A DNA stretch of 64,000 nt from Candidatus Omnitrophota bacterium (GTDB taxonomy: Bacteria; Omnitrophota; Gorgyraeia; Gygaellales; Profunditerraquicolaceae), in contig JACQXK010000001.1 of the NCBI GenBank assembly GCA_016208765.1, positions 218 to 64,217 of the forward strand, in the 5' to 3' direction. Positions 39,180 to 49,036 of the stretch are shown piece by piece. Under the pieces are notes generated by a model. The model saw only the letters and a program-made list of their open reading frames with translations. It was not told where the DNA came from and did not search any database. Within the stretch, counting starts at the first letter, position 1; each line of letters starts with the position of its first letter. A program made the translations under genes and the position numbers.

Positions 39180-40466
39180 GTGATATTAAAGGCTAAGCCA
39201 ACAAAGGTTTTGATTATAACTTTGGCTTTAGCCTTATTTTTTTGTCTTTTTACTGCTTCTGCGTTTGCCGGCGCTCTTTCTATCCCCATGGTCGGCCCCT
39301 CAGCAGGCGGCTGCACTGCTAACTACCAGCAAATCTTCACCACTACCTTTAATGACTTAAGCGGCTGGCAGCATGTTAACTATGTCTACTTTGTAATTAA
39401 CACTACTGCTTCTGGCTCCAGCTGTTTTTATGGCTACTACAATCAGAATACCAACAAGCTCTATATTAAAAATGATGCAGGTAATGCTTGGTTAGGTGGA
39501 TTTGCTCCCGGCTCAAACAATCTAATTGAAAACTCTTATGTTAAGCTAAACTGCGCTCAAACTACAGTCTCAGGCTCAGGACAGACTATGTTTGTAAACT
39601 GGGCAGTAACTTTTAAGCCTCCTTTTGTCGGTACAAAAAATATGTATCTTTATGTCAGGGACGACTCTAATGCTTATCAGCCTCTTACTAAAAGAGGCAC
39701 CTGGACTATTCCTAACCATACCCCAACAATAGTATCAGTTATTCCTAATCAGGGAACCTCTCAACCTGAGCAAGCCTTAACCTTTACCACTATTTACCTT
39801 GATACTGATACCTGGATTAATATTAAGTATGTCTATTTCCGAATTAGCCCCTCTCTTACAGGTTTGACTAATTGCTTCTATGGCTACTATGACCAGGATA
39901 ACAACAAGCTCTACCTAAGAAATGACACTAACACAGCCTGGCTTGGAGGCTACACCCCCGGCTCAAACTATACTATTGAAAACTCTTATGCTAAATTAGA
40001 CTGCTCTAAGACAATTGTTACAGGAAATTCCGATACCTTAAGCATTAACTGGCAGATTATCCCTAAAACCACCTTTACCGGCACAAAGAACCTCTATCTT
40101 TATGTCAGAGATAACAATAATGCCTACCAAGGCTGGTTACAGAAGGGGACATGGAGTATTGATAATACAGATACTACTCCGCCGCAGATTACCCAGCTTA
40201 GCCCTGTGGATGCAAGCCGTATTTATGAAAATGCTTCTGTTGTTATTAAGCCAACAATAACTGATAACAATCAGTCTGCAGTTACTTATCAATTTTCTGT
40301 TGATGGAGTAGTTAAACAGGTTTGGTCAAGTAGTGCTACTTATAATTGGGTAAGTCCTTTAGCAGGTGCGCATACTATTAAGGCAGAAGCAAAGGATGAG
40401 GCCGGGCAGTCTATCAAAAGTGCTGAGGTATTTATCTTAAGAAAACCCATGGAAGTTGCAAATTAA
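39180..40466 (+). CDS. Secreted beta-rich protein with two ~150-aa tandem repeats and C-terminal Ig-like domain
   Basis: Signal peptide ending SAFA; repeats sharing CFYGYY.Q..NKLY..ND...AWLGG..PGSN..IENSY.KL.C. Confidence 0.75.
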   Translation: MILKAKPTKVLIITLALALFFCLFTASAFAGALSIPMVGPSAGGCTANYQQIFTTTFNDLSGWQHVNYVYFVINTTASGSSCFYGYYNQNTNKLYIKNDAGNAWLGGFAPGSNNLIENSYVKLNCAQTTVSGSGQTMFVNWAVTFKPPFVGTKNMYLYVRDDSNAYQPLTKRGTWTIPNHTPTIVSVIPNQGTSQPEQALTFTTIYLDTDTWINIKYVYFRISPSLTGLTNCFYGYYDQDNNKLYLRNDTNTAWLGGYTPGSNYTIENSYAKLDCSKTIVTGNSDTLSINWQIIPKTTFTGTKNLYLYVRDNNNAYQGWLQKGTWSIDNTDTTPPQITQLSPVDASRIYENASVVIKPTITDNNQSAVTYQFSVDGVVKQVWSSSATYNWVSPLAGAHTIKAEAKDEAGQSIKSAEVFILRKPMEVAN

Positions 40467-40472
40467 CCATAT

Positions 40473-43400
40473 ATGAAAAAGTCAATCATCAAAATTCTTT
40501 CTTTGGCTTTAATCATTACGCACTTATTTACAATTTGTTTAAGGGATGTTTCCTTTGCTGCTGGGTCAAGCACAACTACTTCTAACACAAGTACAACTAA
40601 TTCTGGCGCAAGTACAACTAAAAGCACAACAACTTCTATCCAATCGCAGTCTAAGTCAACAAGCAGCGACACTAAAACCAAGAGCCCTGCTCTTAGTTCA
40701 GCCAAATCAATGAGCCTATCCGCAGCAAGCAGTTCTTCGTCTCCACAAATGAGCACAAGTTTTAACACTTCAGTTTTAAAATCTTTTCAGAGCGATCCCT
40801 TTACCGGAAGAGCATCGTTTTCCGTTTCTATAAGTGTTCCGGTAGGCCGGAAAGGTATTCAGCCTAATATTGCGCTCACCTATGCCTCAGGTTCAGGTAA
40901 CGGCATATTAGGCGTAGGTTGGAGCTTAGAGTTAGGTTCTATTCAGCGTTCCACTAAACGCGGTACTCCAAAATATGATTCTACGGATACTTTTATTTTT
41001 AACTCCTTAGGCTCAAATCAGGAATTAGTTAATATTGGCGGTAATGAATACCGTACTAAAATTGAAGGCAGTTTCTCAAAGTTTACTTTTGACGGCACAA
41101 GCTGGGTAATCACTGATAAAGGTGGCACAAAATACTACTTTGGGCAAGATGAGGCTTCAAGACAGATAAATTCTAAGGGAATATTTTCATGGAATTTAAA
41201 TAAGGTTGTTGATCTGCAGACGAATTTTCTTGAAATAGAATATTTTGTTGATCAGGGCCAGATATACCCAGTTAAGGTTAAATATACAGGTAATCAATCC
41301 CAGAATCTTGAGCCTTTATGTGAAGTTCATTTTGTTTTCACTGATCGCGCTGACTATTCTTTTAATTACCGCAGCGGCTCAAAAGTTGTAACTGCAAAAA
41401 GGCTTACTGAAATTAAGTCTAAATTTCGCAGCAATATAATAAATCAGTACAAAATAGAGTATCTTGAAGAACAAAATGCAAGGCCGCTTTCCTTAATAAA
41501 GCAAATTACACTGTTTGATGCATCTTCAAACAATTCTTATCCTCCGGTAGTATTTACTTATCAGGAATTAAACCCCAGTTTTACTGATATTCAGCAATTG
41601 CCGATCTTACGCCGCAGTGATGATCCTTTAAGGAATTCCGAGGAGTACAGTTTTTTCCGGTATCAAAGCGAGAACAAAGTATTTAGCACTATGCTTGATA
41701 TAAATTCAGATGGATTGGTTGACTGGATACAGCGTAAAAACAATTCTCCGTATACAAATTACTCTGTTTTGTTAAATAACGGCTCAGGGTTTAATGAGCC
41801 TCTTGGCTGGGGGCCTTTATTGGGAGATTTAGCAGAAGGGGCAGTTGAATGGAGCAATGACGGTTTATACCGGGATTTAGGAGTTTTAGATATTAATGGC
41901 GACAGCCTTGCTGACAGGGTTTATTATAAAATTAATGATCCAAGATACCAGGTTCAGCTAAATACAGGGTTAGGCTTTGATAATTTTTATACTTATTTTA
42001 GCCAGTTGTATGGCGGCGGAGAAGCATATGATTGTATAACAGGAATTTCTTCAAATGGGATCAGGTCTGAAACAATGGACATAAATGGTGACGGTTTTGC
42101 TGACAAAGTAATGGCAACAAGAAATGGCTCTCCGTATAATTCCATGGATGTGCAGCTAAATAACGGCTCCTCTTTTGGCCAGATAATAAAATGGCCGGTT
42201 TCATGGGAAGACAGTAGGCTTACATCAGAGGGGTGGAATTATCTAAGGGCATCCTCGGGTAATACAACCTTACTTACAATCTTAGATATTAACGGTGACG
42301 GTTTGCCAGACAGAGTGATGCGAAAATATGATGCGCCTTATACTGGTTTTGATGTCCAGCTTAATAATGGCAGTGGATTTGATAAGCCTGTGGTTTGGGG
42401 GCCGCTACTTTATAACTGCGGGCCAGAAGCATCTTCTCCAGAGTGGAGCGATAACGGCCTTTATAAAAGATTAGCCCTTATTGATATGAATGGAGACGGC
42501 CTGCCTGACAGGGTGCATTATGAAGATGGAGATAATAAATATGAGGTGCAATTAAATAACGGCCATGGTTTTGAAGCTACTTATGTGTATTGGACAAATA
42601 TTGGCTCCCGTGGACAGGAATTTGATTGTATCACAGGTTATTCTGTTGGCCCGTATGGTGTGCGCGCTGACGTATTTGATATTAATGGTGACGGCCTGCC
42701 GGATAAGCTTACCAATAAAATAACAGGCGCTCCTTATGATTATGTGGAAGCCAGATTAAATAATAATCCTGTGCCTGCAGGTTATCTTAAGGAAATCTCA
42801 AACGGCATCGGAGGCTCAGTAGCAGTTACCTACAAGCCATATAAAGGTAAGGATAACTCAACTTACGACCCACAAAAACTCTTACCGTTTTGTGTCTGGG
42901 TGGTTGATTCTATTACTCAAAACTCAGGTTTTGAACAGCCGATAAATACCCATAGTTTTAAATACGACTCTGGATTTTTTGATTTTAAGGATCGCGAATT
43001 CCGCGGCTTTGGCTATGCAAAAACCACTGATTCCGAAGGTACTTCCAGCGAAAGCTATTTTAAACAGGACAGCATCTTTAAAGCAAGGCCATATAAACAG
43101 GAAGTAAAAGATAAAGACAACAAGCTTTATTCAAAAACAGAAAACACCTGGCAAAGTGTTGAGCTTTATCCCGGAGTTAACTTGCCATATCTAGTTCAAA
43201 CTGATAATTATGTTTATGATCCTGATAATTCCGACAATTACAAACAAACCCGCGTAAAATACGAATATGATTCTTATGGTAATCCTAAAAAAGTCATCTC
43301 TGAAGGTGAGGTTAATGTAATTGGCGATGAGAAGACCCAGGTTACGGAATATATTTATAATACTACTGATTGGATTATCTCTTGCCCTAAATCTACTACA

Positions 43401-46400
43401 CTTTTAGATAAGAACCAAACTAAAGTTTCTGAAAAGCGCTTCTACTACGATAATCATGCCAGCCTTGATGAAATCCCGGCAAAAGGAATACTAAGCAAGG
43501 AAGAAAGCTACCTCAAGGATCCAATTAAAAATACCCAAAAGTATATATCATCAAGCTATGCTTATGACAGTTATGGTAATTTAACCAGCTCAACTGATGC
43601 CTTGGGTAGGATCACCTCAATTGTCTATGACACAGTGCAGTTTTCCTATCCAGTGCAAACAACCAATGCCTTAGGTAAAAGCGTAAAAACTGTTTATTAC
43701 GGAATTAACGATTCTCTACAAGATGCAATTACTGGCTCAGGTTTACCCGGCCAGGTAAAATTCACCGAAGATTACAATACTCAAAAAAATTATAATATCT
43801 ATGATTCTTTGGGTAGAATTACTAAGGCTATCGGCCCGCTTGATTCGGAGGACTCTCCAGGAGCAATCTACGAATATGATTTATCAAGCCAGCCGATTAA
43901 AGTTGTCAGAAAAGTTAAGGTTGATTATTCCGCTCAACCTGCGTATCTTACAAGTTATTCTTTTTATGATGGCTTGGGCCGTGTGATTGAAGATAAAACT
44001 CCTGCTGAAAATAATCCCATAAATAATCAGCCCCGCCAGATAATCTCAGGCCTTGTAAGATATGATTCCCGCTGCCAGATTAAGGAGAAGTACTTGCCTT
44101 ATTTTGTGGATGCCTCAGCAAACTACGAATCTCCTGTATATAATACTCCGCACTCAAGTTTTATTTACGATGCTTTAGGCCGCCTCACCCAAAGCATTAA
44201 CCCGGATTTAACCAGCTCTAGTGTTTTATACGGAGTTTGGTTCAAGGCCACTACTGATGAAAATAACCACTCTAAGGGTTATTATTTTGATTCCTATGGA
44301 AAAATTACCAAAGTAGAAGAGCATAACAGTGGTCAGATTTATACCACTAAATATGAATATGACACATTAGGTAATCTTATTAAGCTTACAGATAATCAGA
44401 ATAATGTTACCCAGATTTGGTATGATTCACTATGTAGGAAAATAAAGATGTCAGATCCAGATATGGGTATCTGGCTGTATGAATATGATGCCTTGGGGAA
44501 TCTTATCAAGCAAACCGATGCCAAGAATCAGGTTTTGGAATTCCACTATGATTCTTTAAATAGGCTGACTAACAAGCTTAACTCAAGTAACCCAAGCAAC
44601 CCAATAACCCTGGTAACTTACTCTTACGACGACCCCGGCAAAGACCATTGCCTTGGCCGTCTTTCCAAAATAACTGATCTATCCGGCTCAACTGATTTTT
44701 ACTATGACAAATTAGGTAGAGAAGTTAAATCCACAAAAACTATTACAGGCTCAGGTACTTATACTGTTGAGCGCATCTATGATGCTTTAGACAGATTACT
44801 CACTCTTAAATACCCCGACTCTACACTCATAACCTACAGCTATAATCCTCAAGGAATTGAAAAGGTGCAGGGACTGTCCCCGCAGGGGACTGTCCCTTAT
44901 ATTCTAAATATTGATTACTCTCCCACAGGCCAACTGCTCAAGGTGCAATATGGCAATGGCACTCAAACAAACTACGCTTATGAGCCTAATACCCTAAGGC
45001 TAAATAATATCGTTACCCAATCACCAAGCGGTAAAATCCAGGACCTAAGCTATCAGTTTGATAATACCGGTAACATCAGGAACATAGTTGATGCAGTAAA
45101 CACCGCTACTCAAAGTTTTGTTTATGATGACCTAAGCCGTCTTATTCAAGCAAACGGCTCTTATGGTGCGCTTACTTACTCTTATGATTCCATAGGAAAC
45201 ATGATTAATAAAGAAGGTGTTAATTTAACTTATGGCAAAGGCGGTAAGCTTCCTCATGCTGTTACTCAATACGGAAATGACTTGTCTATTGATTATGATG
45301 CAAATGGAAACATGATTACAAAAGGCGACCTATCTCTAATCTATGATGCAGAAAACCGCCTCAAAGAAGCTCAAAGAGCTCCTCCACAACCGGTAACTAT
45401 CAGTATCACCCTAAAGCCGGGATGGAATTTCCTCTCGCTTCCAATAATCCCTCAGGATACTAAAGTAAACTCAGTTTTGGCTCAAATCTCCGGAAAGTAC
45501 TCTCAAATATCCCGCTATAGCCCTAATACCAAAACCTTTGAGCATAATGTTGCTAATACTAAGTTTGATCAGTTCACTGATTTTGAATACGGCAAGGGCT
45601 ATCAAATCTATATTACAAGTACAACAGATGTTGACTTAAATATTACCGGCACACTACCATTAACTACTCAAAACATCGGTCTTGTTACAGGAGAGAACTT
45701 GATCTTTTGCCCAAAGACAACCGAGACTACAGTAGAAGCAGCGCTATTTCCTTTAAAGCTTGATACAGATTATTCTAAGGTTGTTTACTATAACAAATTC
45801 TTAAATAAGTTTGAAGAATACTCAAGCATAAAACAGGAATTTACGACCCTAAAACCCGGAACCAGCTATTATCTTTACTGTTTAAAAGATACTACTCTAA
45901 CTGTATCCGGCTCTCAACAACCACCAGTTAGTTTTACTTATGATGGCGACGGAGGAAGAGTGAGAAAGGGACTGTCCCCGCAGGGGACTGTCCCTGAACA
46001 ATGGACCACCTACATCGGCTCCCTCTACGAAATTAACTCTGACGGCACTACTACTAAACATATTTTCTCCGGCTCAAACCGTATTGCCTCGTCATTGCGA
46101 AACGCCGCAGGCGTTGAAGCAATCTCGTATTTCCATAGTGATCATTTAGGAAGCTCTAATATTATCACTGACTCAAGTGGCAAGCAGATAGGCTTTACTG
46201 AATTTACTCCTTATGGCTCAACCTTTAAACAAACAGGAACCTTTGATCCAAAATACAAATTCACCGGCAAAGAGCTTGATTCTTCCACTGGATTATATTA
46301 TTATGGTGCCAGGTATTATGATCCGCTCTTTGGCAGATTCATTACTCCAGACACCATCGTCCAAGCTCCCTATGATCCACAGAGTTTAAACCGATATTCT

Positions 46401-47330
46401 TACTGTCGAAACAACCCGATAAATCTGGTTGACCCTACCGGACACTCGTGGAAGAGTTTTTGGAAAAAGTTCGGTGGTGCCATAGCTTCGGTGGTAGTGG
46501 GAATAGTGGTAGGAGTATTTACTGCTGGTATTGGAACCGCCTTTTACACTTCAATGATGGGTGGTAGTGCGTTTTGGGGTGGGGTATTAAGTGCTGCGAC
46601 TACTGGTGCACTAGCAGGTGCCGCTGCCGGAGGTGTAGGTGGCGCCTTCTATGGGCAGAATATAGGTCAATCAATGTTAATGGGGGCGGCGTTTGGCGCC
46701 CTTAGCGGGGCGGTCTTTGGTGGCATGATCAGCAAGGTTGGTGGACCTGATTGGAATTGGAAGGTTGGGCTTGAAAGGGTTGGATTATCTGCCATTGCCG
46801 GTGGAGGTATATCCGAGTTGGCAGGGGGATCTTTTGAGAATGGGGCGATGTTCGCCGGCGCTATTGCGGGAGCAGATTTTCTATATAGGGGTATCGTAAG
46901 TACTAAGCCTGCAGGAAAGAATGTAGGTGCCTCTATGAAAACAGCACAAGATAATGGCTTGCCAAAGTTGGATGCCAATGGTAAAGCTCTTATGGTGGAT
47001 AATAAGCCTGTAGTTATAAATACTCCGAAATATAGTAATGTCGGGTTTGGGTCAAGAGTTGGTGATATTAGCCTGGGGAATGGTCTCACTGGAGAAACAG
47101 GGCCTGTTATGAGTGGTTTAGGCCGGTTTGTTCCCGGTTTCCAAAGGTTTTCCCTTGCTCATGATATAACAGGTGATTTTTTAAGTAGAACCTTTGGCGG
47201 CACAGTCAATGCCGCTGCCTTTAATTTTGAAACAATGCCTGTGCTATATGGGCTTAATGCAGCGGGGTCGCTAATCAATGATAGCCCAGGTATGATTGGG
47301 TACTATGAAGAAAGTTGGAATGATAGATAA
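40473..47330 (+). CDS. Secreted SpvB / FG-GAP / TcdB-mid / RHS-YD repeat polymorphic toxin
   Basis: Signal peptide, S/T linker, SpvB-like GRKGIQP.IALTY.S..GNG.LGVGWSL, about 8 DINGDG.D repeats, REFRGFG, YD repeats, RHS core (FHSDHLGS, YKFTGKELD, GARYYDP, NNPINLVDPTGH), about 295-aa C-terminal extension. Confidence 0.9.
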   Translation: MKKSIIKILSLALIITHLFTICLRDVSFAAGSSTTTSNTSTTNSGASTTKSTTTSIQSQSKSTSSDTKTKSPALSSAKSMSLSAASSSSSPQMSTSFNTSVLKSFQSDPFTGRASFSVSISVPVGRKGIQPNIALTYASGSGNGILGVGWSLELGSIQRSTKRGTPKYDSTDTFIFNSLGSNQELVNIGGNEYRTKIEGSFSKFTFDGTSWVITDKGGTKYYFGQDEASRQINSKGIFSWNLNKVVDLQTNFLEIEYFVDQGQIYPVKVKYTGNQSQNLEPLCEVHFVFTDRADYSFNYRSGSKVVTAKRLTEIKSKFRSNIINQYKIEYLEEQNARPLSLIKQITLFDASSNNSYPPVVFTYQELNPSFTDIQQLPILRRSDDPLRNSEEYSFFRYQSENKVFSTMLDINSDGLVDWIQRKNNSPYTNYSVLLNNGSGFNEPLGWGPLLGDLAEGAVEWSNDGLYRDLGVLDINGDSLADRVYYKINDPRYQVQLNTGLGFDNFYTYFSQLYGGGEAYDCITGISSNGIRSETMDINGDGFADKVMATRNGSPYNSMDVQLNNGSSFGQIIKWPVSWEDSRLTSEGWNYLRASSGNTTLLTILDINGDGLPDRVMRKYDAPYTGFDVQLNNGSGFDKPVVWGPLLYNCGPEASSPEWSDNGLYKRLALIDMNGDGLPDRVHYEDGDNKYEVQLNNGHGFEATYVYWTNIGSRGQEFDCITGYSVGPYGVRADVFDINGDGLPDKLTNKITGAPYDYVEARLNNNPVPAGYLKEISNGIGGSVAVTYKPYKGKDNSTYDPQKLLPFCVWVVDSITQNSGFEQPINTHSFKYDSGFFDFKDREFRGFGYAKTTDSEGTSSESYFKQDSIFKARPYKQEVKDKDNKLYSKTENTWQSVELYPGVNLPYLVQTDNYVYDPDNSDNYKQTRVKYEYDSYGNPKKVISEGEVNVIGDEKTQVTEYIYNTTDWIISCPKSTTLLDKNQTKVSEKRFYYDNHASLDEIPAKGILSKEESYLKDPIKNTQKYISSSYAYDSYGNLTSSTDALGRITSIVYDTVQFSYPVQTTNALGKSVKTVYYGINDSLQDAITGSGLPGQVKFTEDYNTQKNYNIYDSLGRITKAIGPLDSEDSPGAIYEYDLSSQPIKVVRKVKVDYSAQPAYLTSYSFYDGLGRVIEDKTPAENNPINNQPRQIISGLVRYDSRCQIKEKYLPYFVDASANYESPVYNTPHSSFIYDALGRLTQSINPDLTSSSVLYGVWFKATTDENNHSKGYYFDSYGKITKVEEHNSGQIYTTKYEYDTLGNLIKLTDNQNNVTQIWYDSLCRKIKMSDPDMGIWLYEYDALGNLIKQTDAKNQVLEFHYDSLNRLTNKLNSSNPSNPITLVTYSYDDPGKDHCLGRLSKITDLSGSTDFYYDKLGREVKSTKTITGSGTYTVERIYDALDRLLTLKYPDSTLITYSYNPQGIEKVQGLSPQGTVPYILNIDYSPTGQLLKVQYGNGTQTNYAYEPNTLRLNNIVTQSPSGKIQDLSYQFDNTGNIRNIVDAVNTATQSFVYDDLSRLIQANGSYGALTYSYDSIGNMINKEGVNLTYGKGGKLPHAVTQYGNDLSIDYDANGNMITKGDLSLIYDAENRLKEAQRAPPQPVTISITLKPGWNFLSLPIIPQDTKVNSVLAQISGKYSQISRYSPNTKTFEHNVANTKFDQFTDFEYGKGYQIYITSTTDVDLNITGTLPLTTQNIGLVTGENLIFCPKTTETTVEAALFPLKLDTDYSKVVYYNKFLNKFEEYSSIKQEFTTLKPGTSYYLYCLKDTTLTVSGSQQPPVSFTYDGDGGRVRKGLSPQGTVPEQWTTYIGSLYEINSDGTTTKHIFSGSNRIASSLRNAAGVEAISYFHSDHLGSSNIITDSSGKQIGFTEFTPYGSTFKQTGTFDPKYKFTGKELDSSTGLYYYGARYYDPLFGRFITPDTIVQAPYDPQSLNRYSYCRNNPINLVDPTGHSWKSFWKKFGGAIASVVVGIVVGVFTAGIGTAFYTSMMGGSAFWGGVLSAATTGALAGAAAGGVGGAFYGQNIGQSMLMGAAFGALSGAVFGGMISKVGGPDWNWKVGLERVGLSAIAGGGISELAGGSFENGAMFAGAIAGADFLYRGIVSTKPAGKNVGASMKTAQDNGLPKLDANGKALMVDNKPVVINTPKYSNVGFGSRVGDISLGNGLTGETGPVMSGLGRFVPGFQRFSLAHDITGDFLSRTFGGTVNAAAFNFETMPVLYGLNAAGSLINDSPGMIGYYEESWNDR
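44869..44897. repeat. In-frame REP-like palindrome, copy 1
   Basis: AGGGACTGTCCCCGCAGGGGACTGTCCCT, identical to 45967-45995; encodes GLSPQGTVP. Confidence 0.85.
45967..45995. repeat. In-frame REP-like palindrome, copy 2
   Basis: Same 29-bp sequence as 44869-44897 with unrelated flanks. Confidence 0.85.
46083..46126. repeat. In-frame palindromic element of GTCATTGCGA...GAAGCAATC type
   Basis: Inner hairpin AACGCC-GCA-GGCGTT; outer ATTGC / GCAAT arms. Confidence 0.6.
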
Positions 47331-47343
47331 TATGGGAGATTTT

Positions 47344-47949
47344 ATGAGAATAGTAGTCTTAATCGTGATACTGCTTGTATCTTTTAGTCAGAGTTCTTAC
47401 GCCGGGTTGTTTAAATTTGACCCCGAGGCGAAATTTAAAGAAGCTGATTATATGATTAGTATAGATCGGCATATTGCAGCGGATAAGCTGATAAGTGAGG
47501 TTATAGCTTATTGCAAAAAGAAAAATGATGAGGCTTGTCTAGCGAAAGCCTTCTTTTATTATGGGAAGTTGTTAATGGCAGAAATTCCAGATGGATATGA
47601 TCGTGAGAAGAATAGTGCACGTAGGCCAGGAGGCAGCTATGTAGACGACAGCGTGACTGTAGGAAATATTGATCAAAAAGCCATGGAGTACTTTGACAAA
47701 GCACTATACTTAGCAAAGAAACACGGTCTAAATGATGCTGCCTCTGCTATATACATCAAGATTGGTATCTTGCAATACACGCGTTTTAAGGATAGTACTG
47801 CGGCTTGTGAGAGTTTTGATCGCAGCTTGGAGTATTACTTGCTATTTAAAAAGGACAATCCGAACACAACGGTCATAATACCAAAGGGGTTTGATAGTTT
47901 TGAAGAATATATAGCGCAGGCGAAGCGCGAAGCGGGGTGTCAGAAATAG
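47344..47949 (+). CDS. Putative periplasmic immunity protein (TPR-like helices)
   Basis: Directly after RHS gene; GGAGA RBS before ATG 47344; signal peptide ending SSYA; TPR-like AMEYFDKAL. Confidence 0.6.
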   Translation: MRIVVLIVILLVSFSQSSYAGLFKFDPEAKFKEADYMISIDRHIAADKLISEVIAYCKKKNDEACLAKAFFYYGKLLMAEIPDGYDREKNSARRPGGSYVDDSVTVGNIDQKAMEYFDKALYLAKKHGLNDAASAIYIKIGILQYTRFKDSTAACESFDRSLEYYLLFKKDNPNTTVIIPKGFDSFEEYIAQAKREAGCQK

Positions 47950-48096
47950 AGCGGCTTGAGAGATATGGGATTAGCACAAATTGTGCGGATTTTGCGGTGG
48001 GGACAACTCATGAAGCGCTAAGTCCACAAGGCAAATAAAATTACGCGAGATAGTATAGGCAATTTTTTTTACACGAATGCATAAGTTGGAGGAAAA

Positions 48097-48891
48097 ATGA
48101 GTAAAACACAATATTATGATTCAACTATAGAATCACCGCCTGCTACTATGGATCAATATTATGCGGATGTAGGTGAGAGAATAATAGTTAGAGAAATTAG
48201 GAAATATGGTAAAAATCTGAAAGTTTTAGATGTAGGCTGCGGAGAAGGAATGTTGGGTTCTTTTCTTTTGGACGATAATCAAGTTTATGGTGTAGAAATC
48301 TTTGAAGAAAAAGTTAAAAGATGTTGTGAAAAGGGAATTAATGCAAAATTGGTTAGGGATAATGATCCAATACCATATATGGATTCTTGTTTTGATGTAG
48401 TTACTTGTTGTCAAGTTTTGGAACATCTGTTGAATCCATTTTACATGGTTGAAGAAATGCATAGAGTTTTAAAAAATGATGGTTTGCTGGTAGTTACAGT
48501 TCCTAATATATATGATTTAATAACAAGAGTTAGGTTTCCTTTTGGGATTTGGACGAAAATCCAATTTGGCGCAAATCTTGGACACATAAGATTCTATTCT
48601 AAGAAAACATTAATAAAATTGATCAAAGAAGAAGGATTTGTAATACAGAAATGTATATCATATGGTTTTATAGTTTACTTGCAAAAACCTGTAGCTTTAT
48701 TAGCTTATGGTTTAGCATTTGTTGTGAATCCGTTATGGTTTGTAAAAAATAGAGGGGGATTAAAGCTTAGGAAACAACAGATTTATCAGAATATTAACAT
48801 TTTTCTAACTAAAATCTTGGGTTTTACATCTTTTGGTGCTGATTTAATGATAATAGCAAAAAAGCAAACAAAATTCTCCATTTCTGTCTAA
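48097..48891 (+). CDS. Class I SAM-dependent methyltransferase
   Basis: VLDVGCGEG, FDVVTCCQVLEHL, RVLK..G.LVVTVPN; AT-rich. Confidence 0.88.
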   Translation: MSKTQYYDSTIESPPATMDQYYADVGERIIVREIRKYGKNLKVLDVGCGEGMLGSFLLDDNQVYGVEIFEEKVKRCCEKGINAKLVRDNDPIPYMDSCFDVVTCCQVLEHLLNPFYMVEEMHRVLKNDGLLVVTVPNIYDLITRVRFPFGIWTKIQFGANLGHIRFYSKKTLIKLIKEEGFVIQKCISYGFIVYLQKPVALLAYGLAFVVNPLWFVKNRGGLKLRKQQIYQNINIFLTKILGFTSFGADLMIIAKKQTKFSISV

Positions 48892-49036
48892 AATTTGCTT
48901 AACTTACATTACTATAAGAAGTTAGATAAATCTGTTTGTTAGGTACGAACGTAAAATTAAGGGTTCTATTTTTCTGGATGGGAATTACGGGCGGAAATTC
49001 CTGGGACACAACACTTAACTTTAAGAAGCAACTTCC

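Noticed and set aside
41690-42710. Periodic GATATTAATGGTGACGG-like repeats resembling an array
   Set aside because: These are degenerate coding FG-GAP (DINGDG) repeats inside the RHS ORF, not CRISPR.
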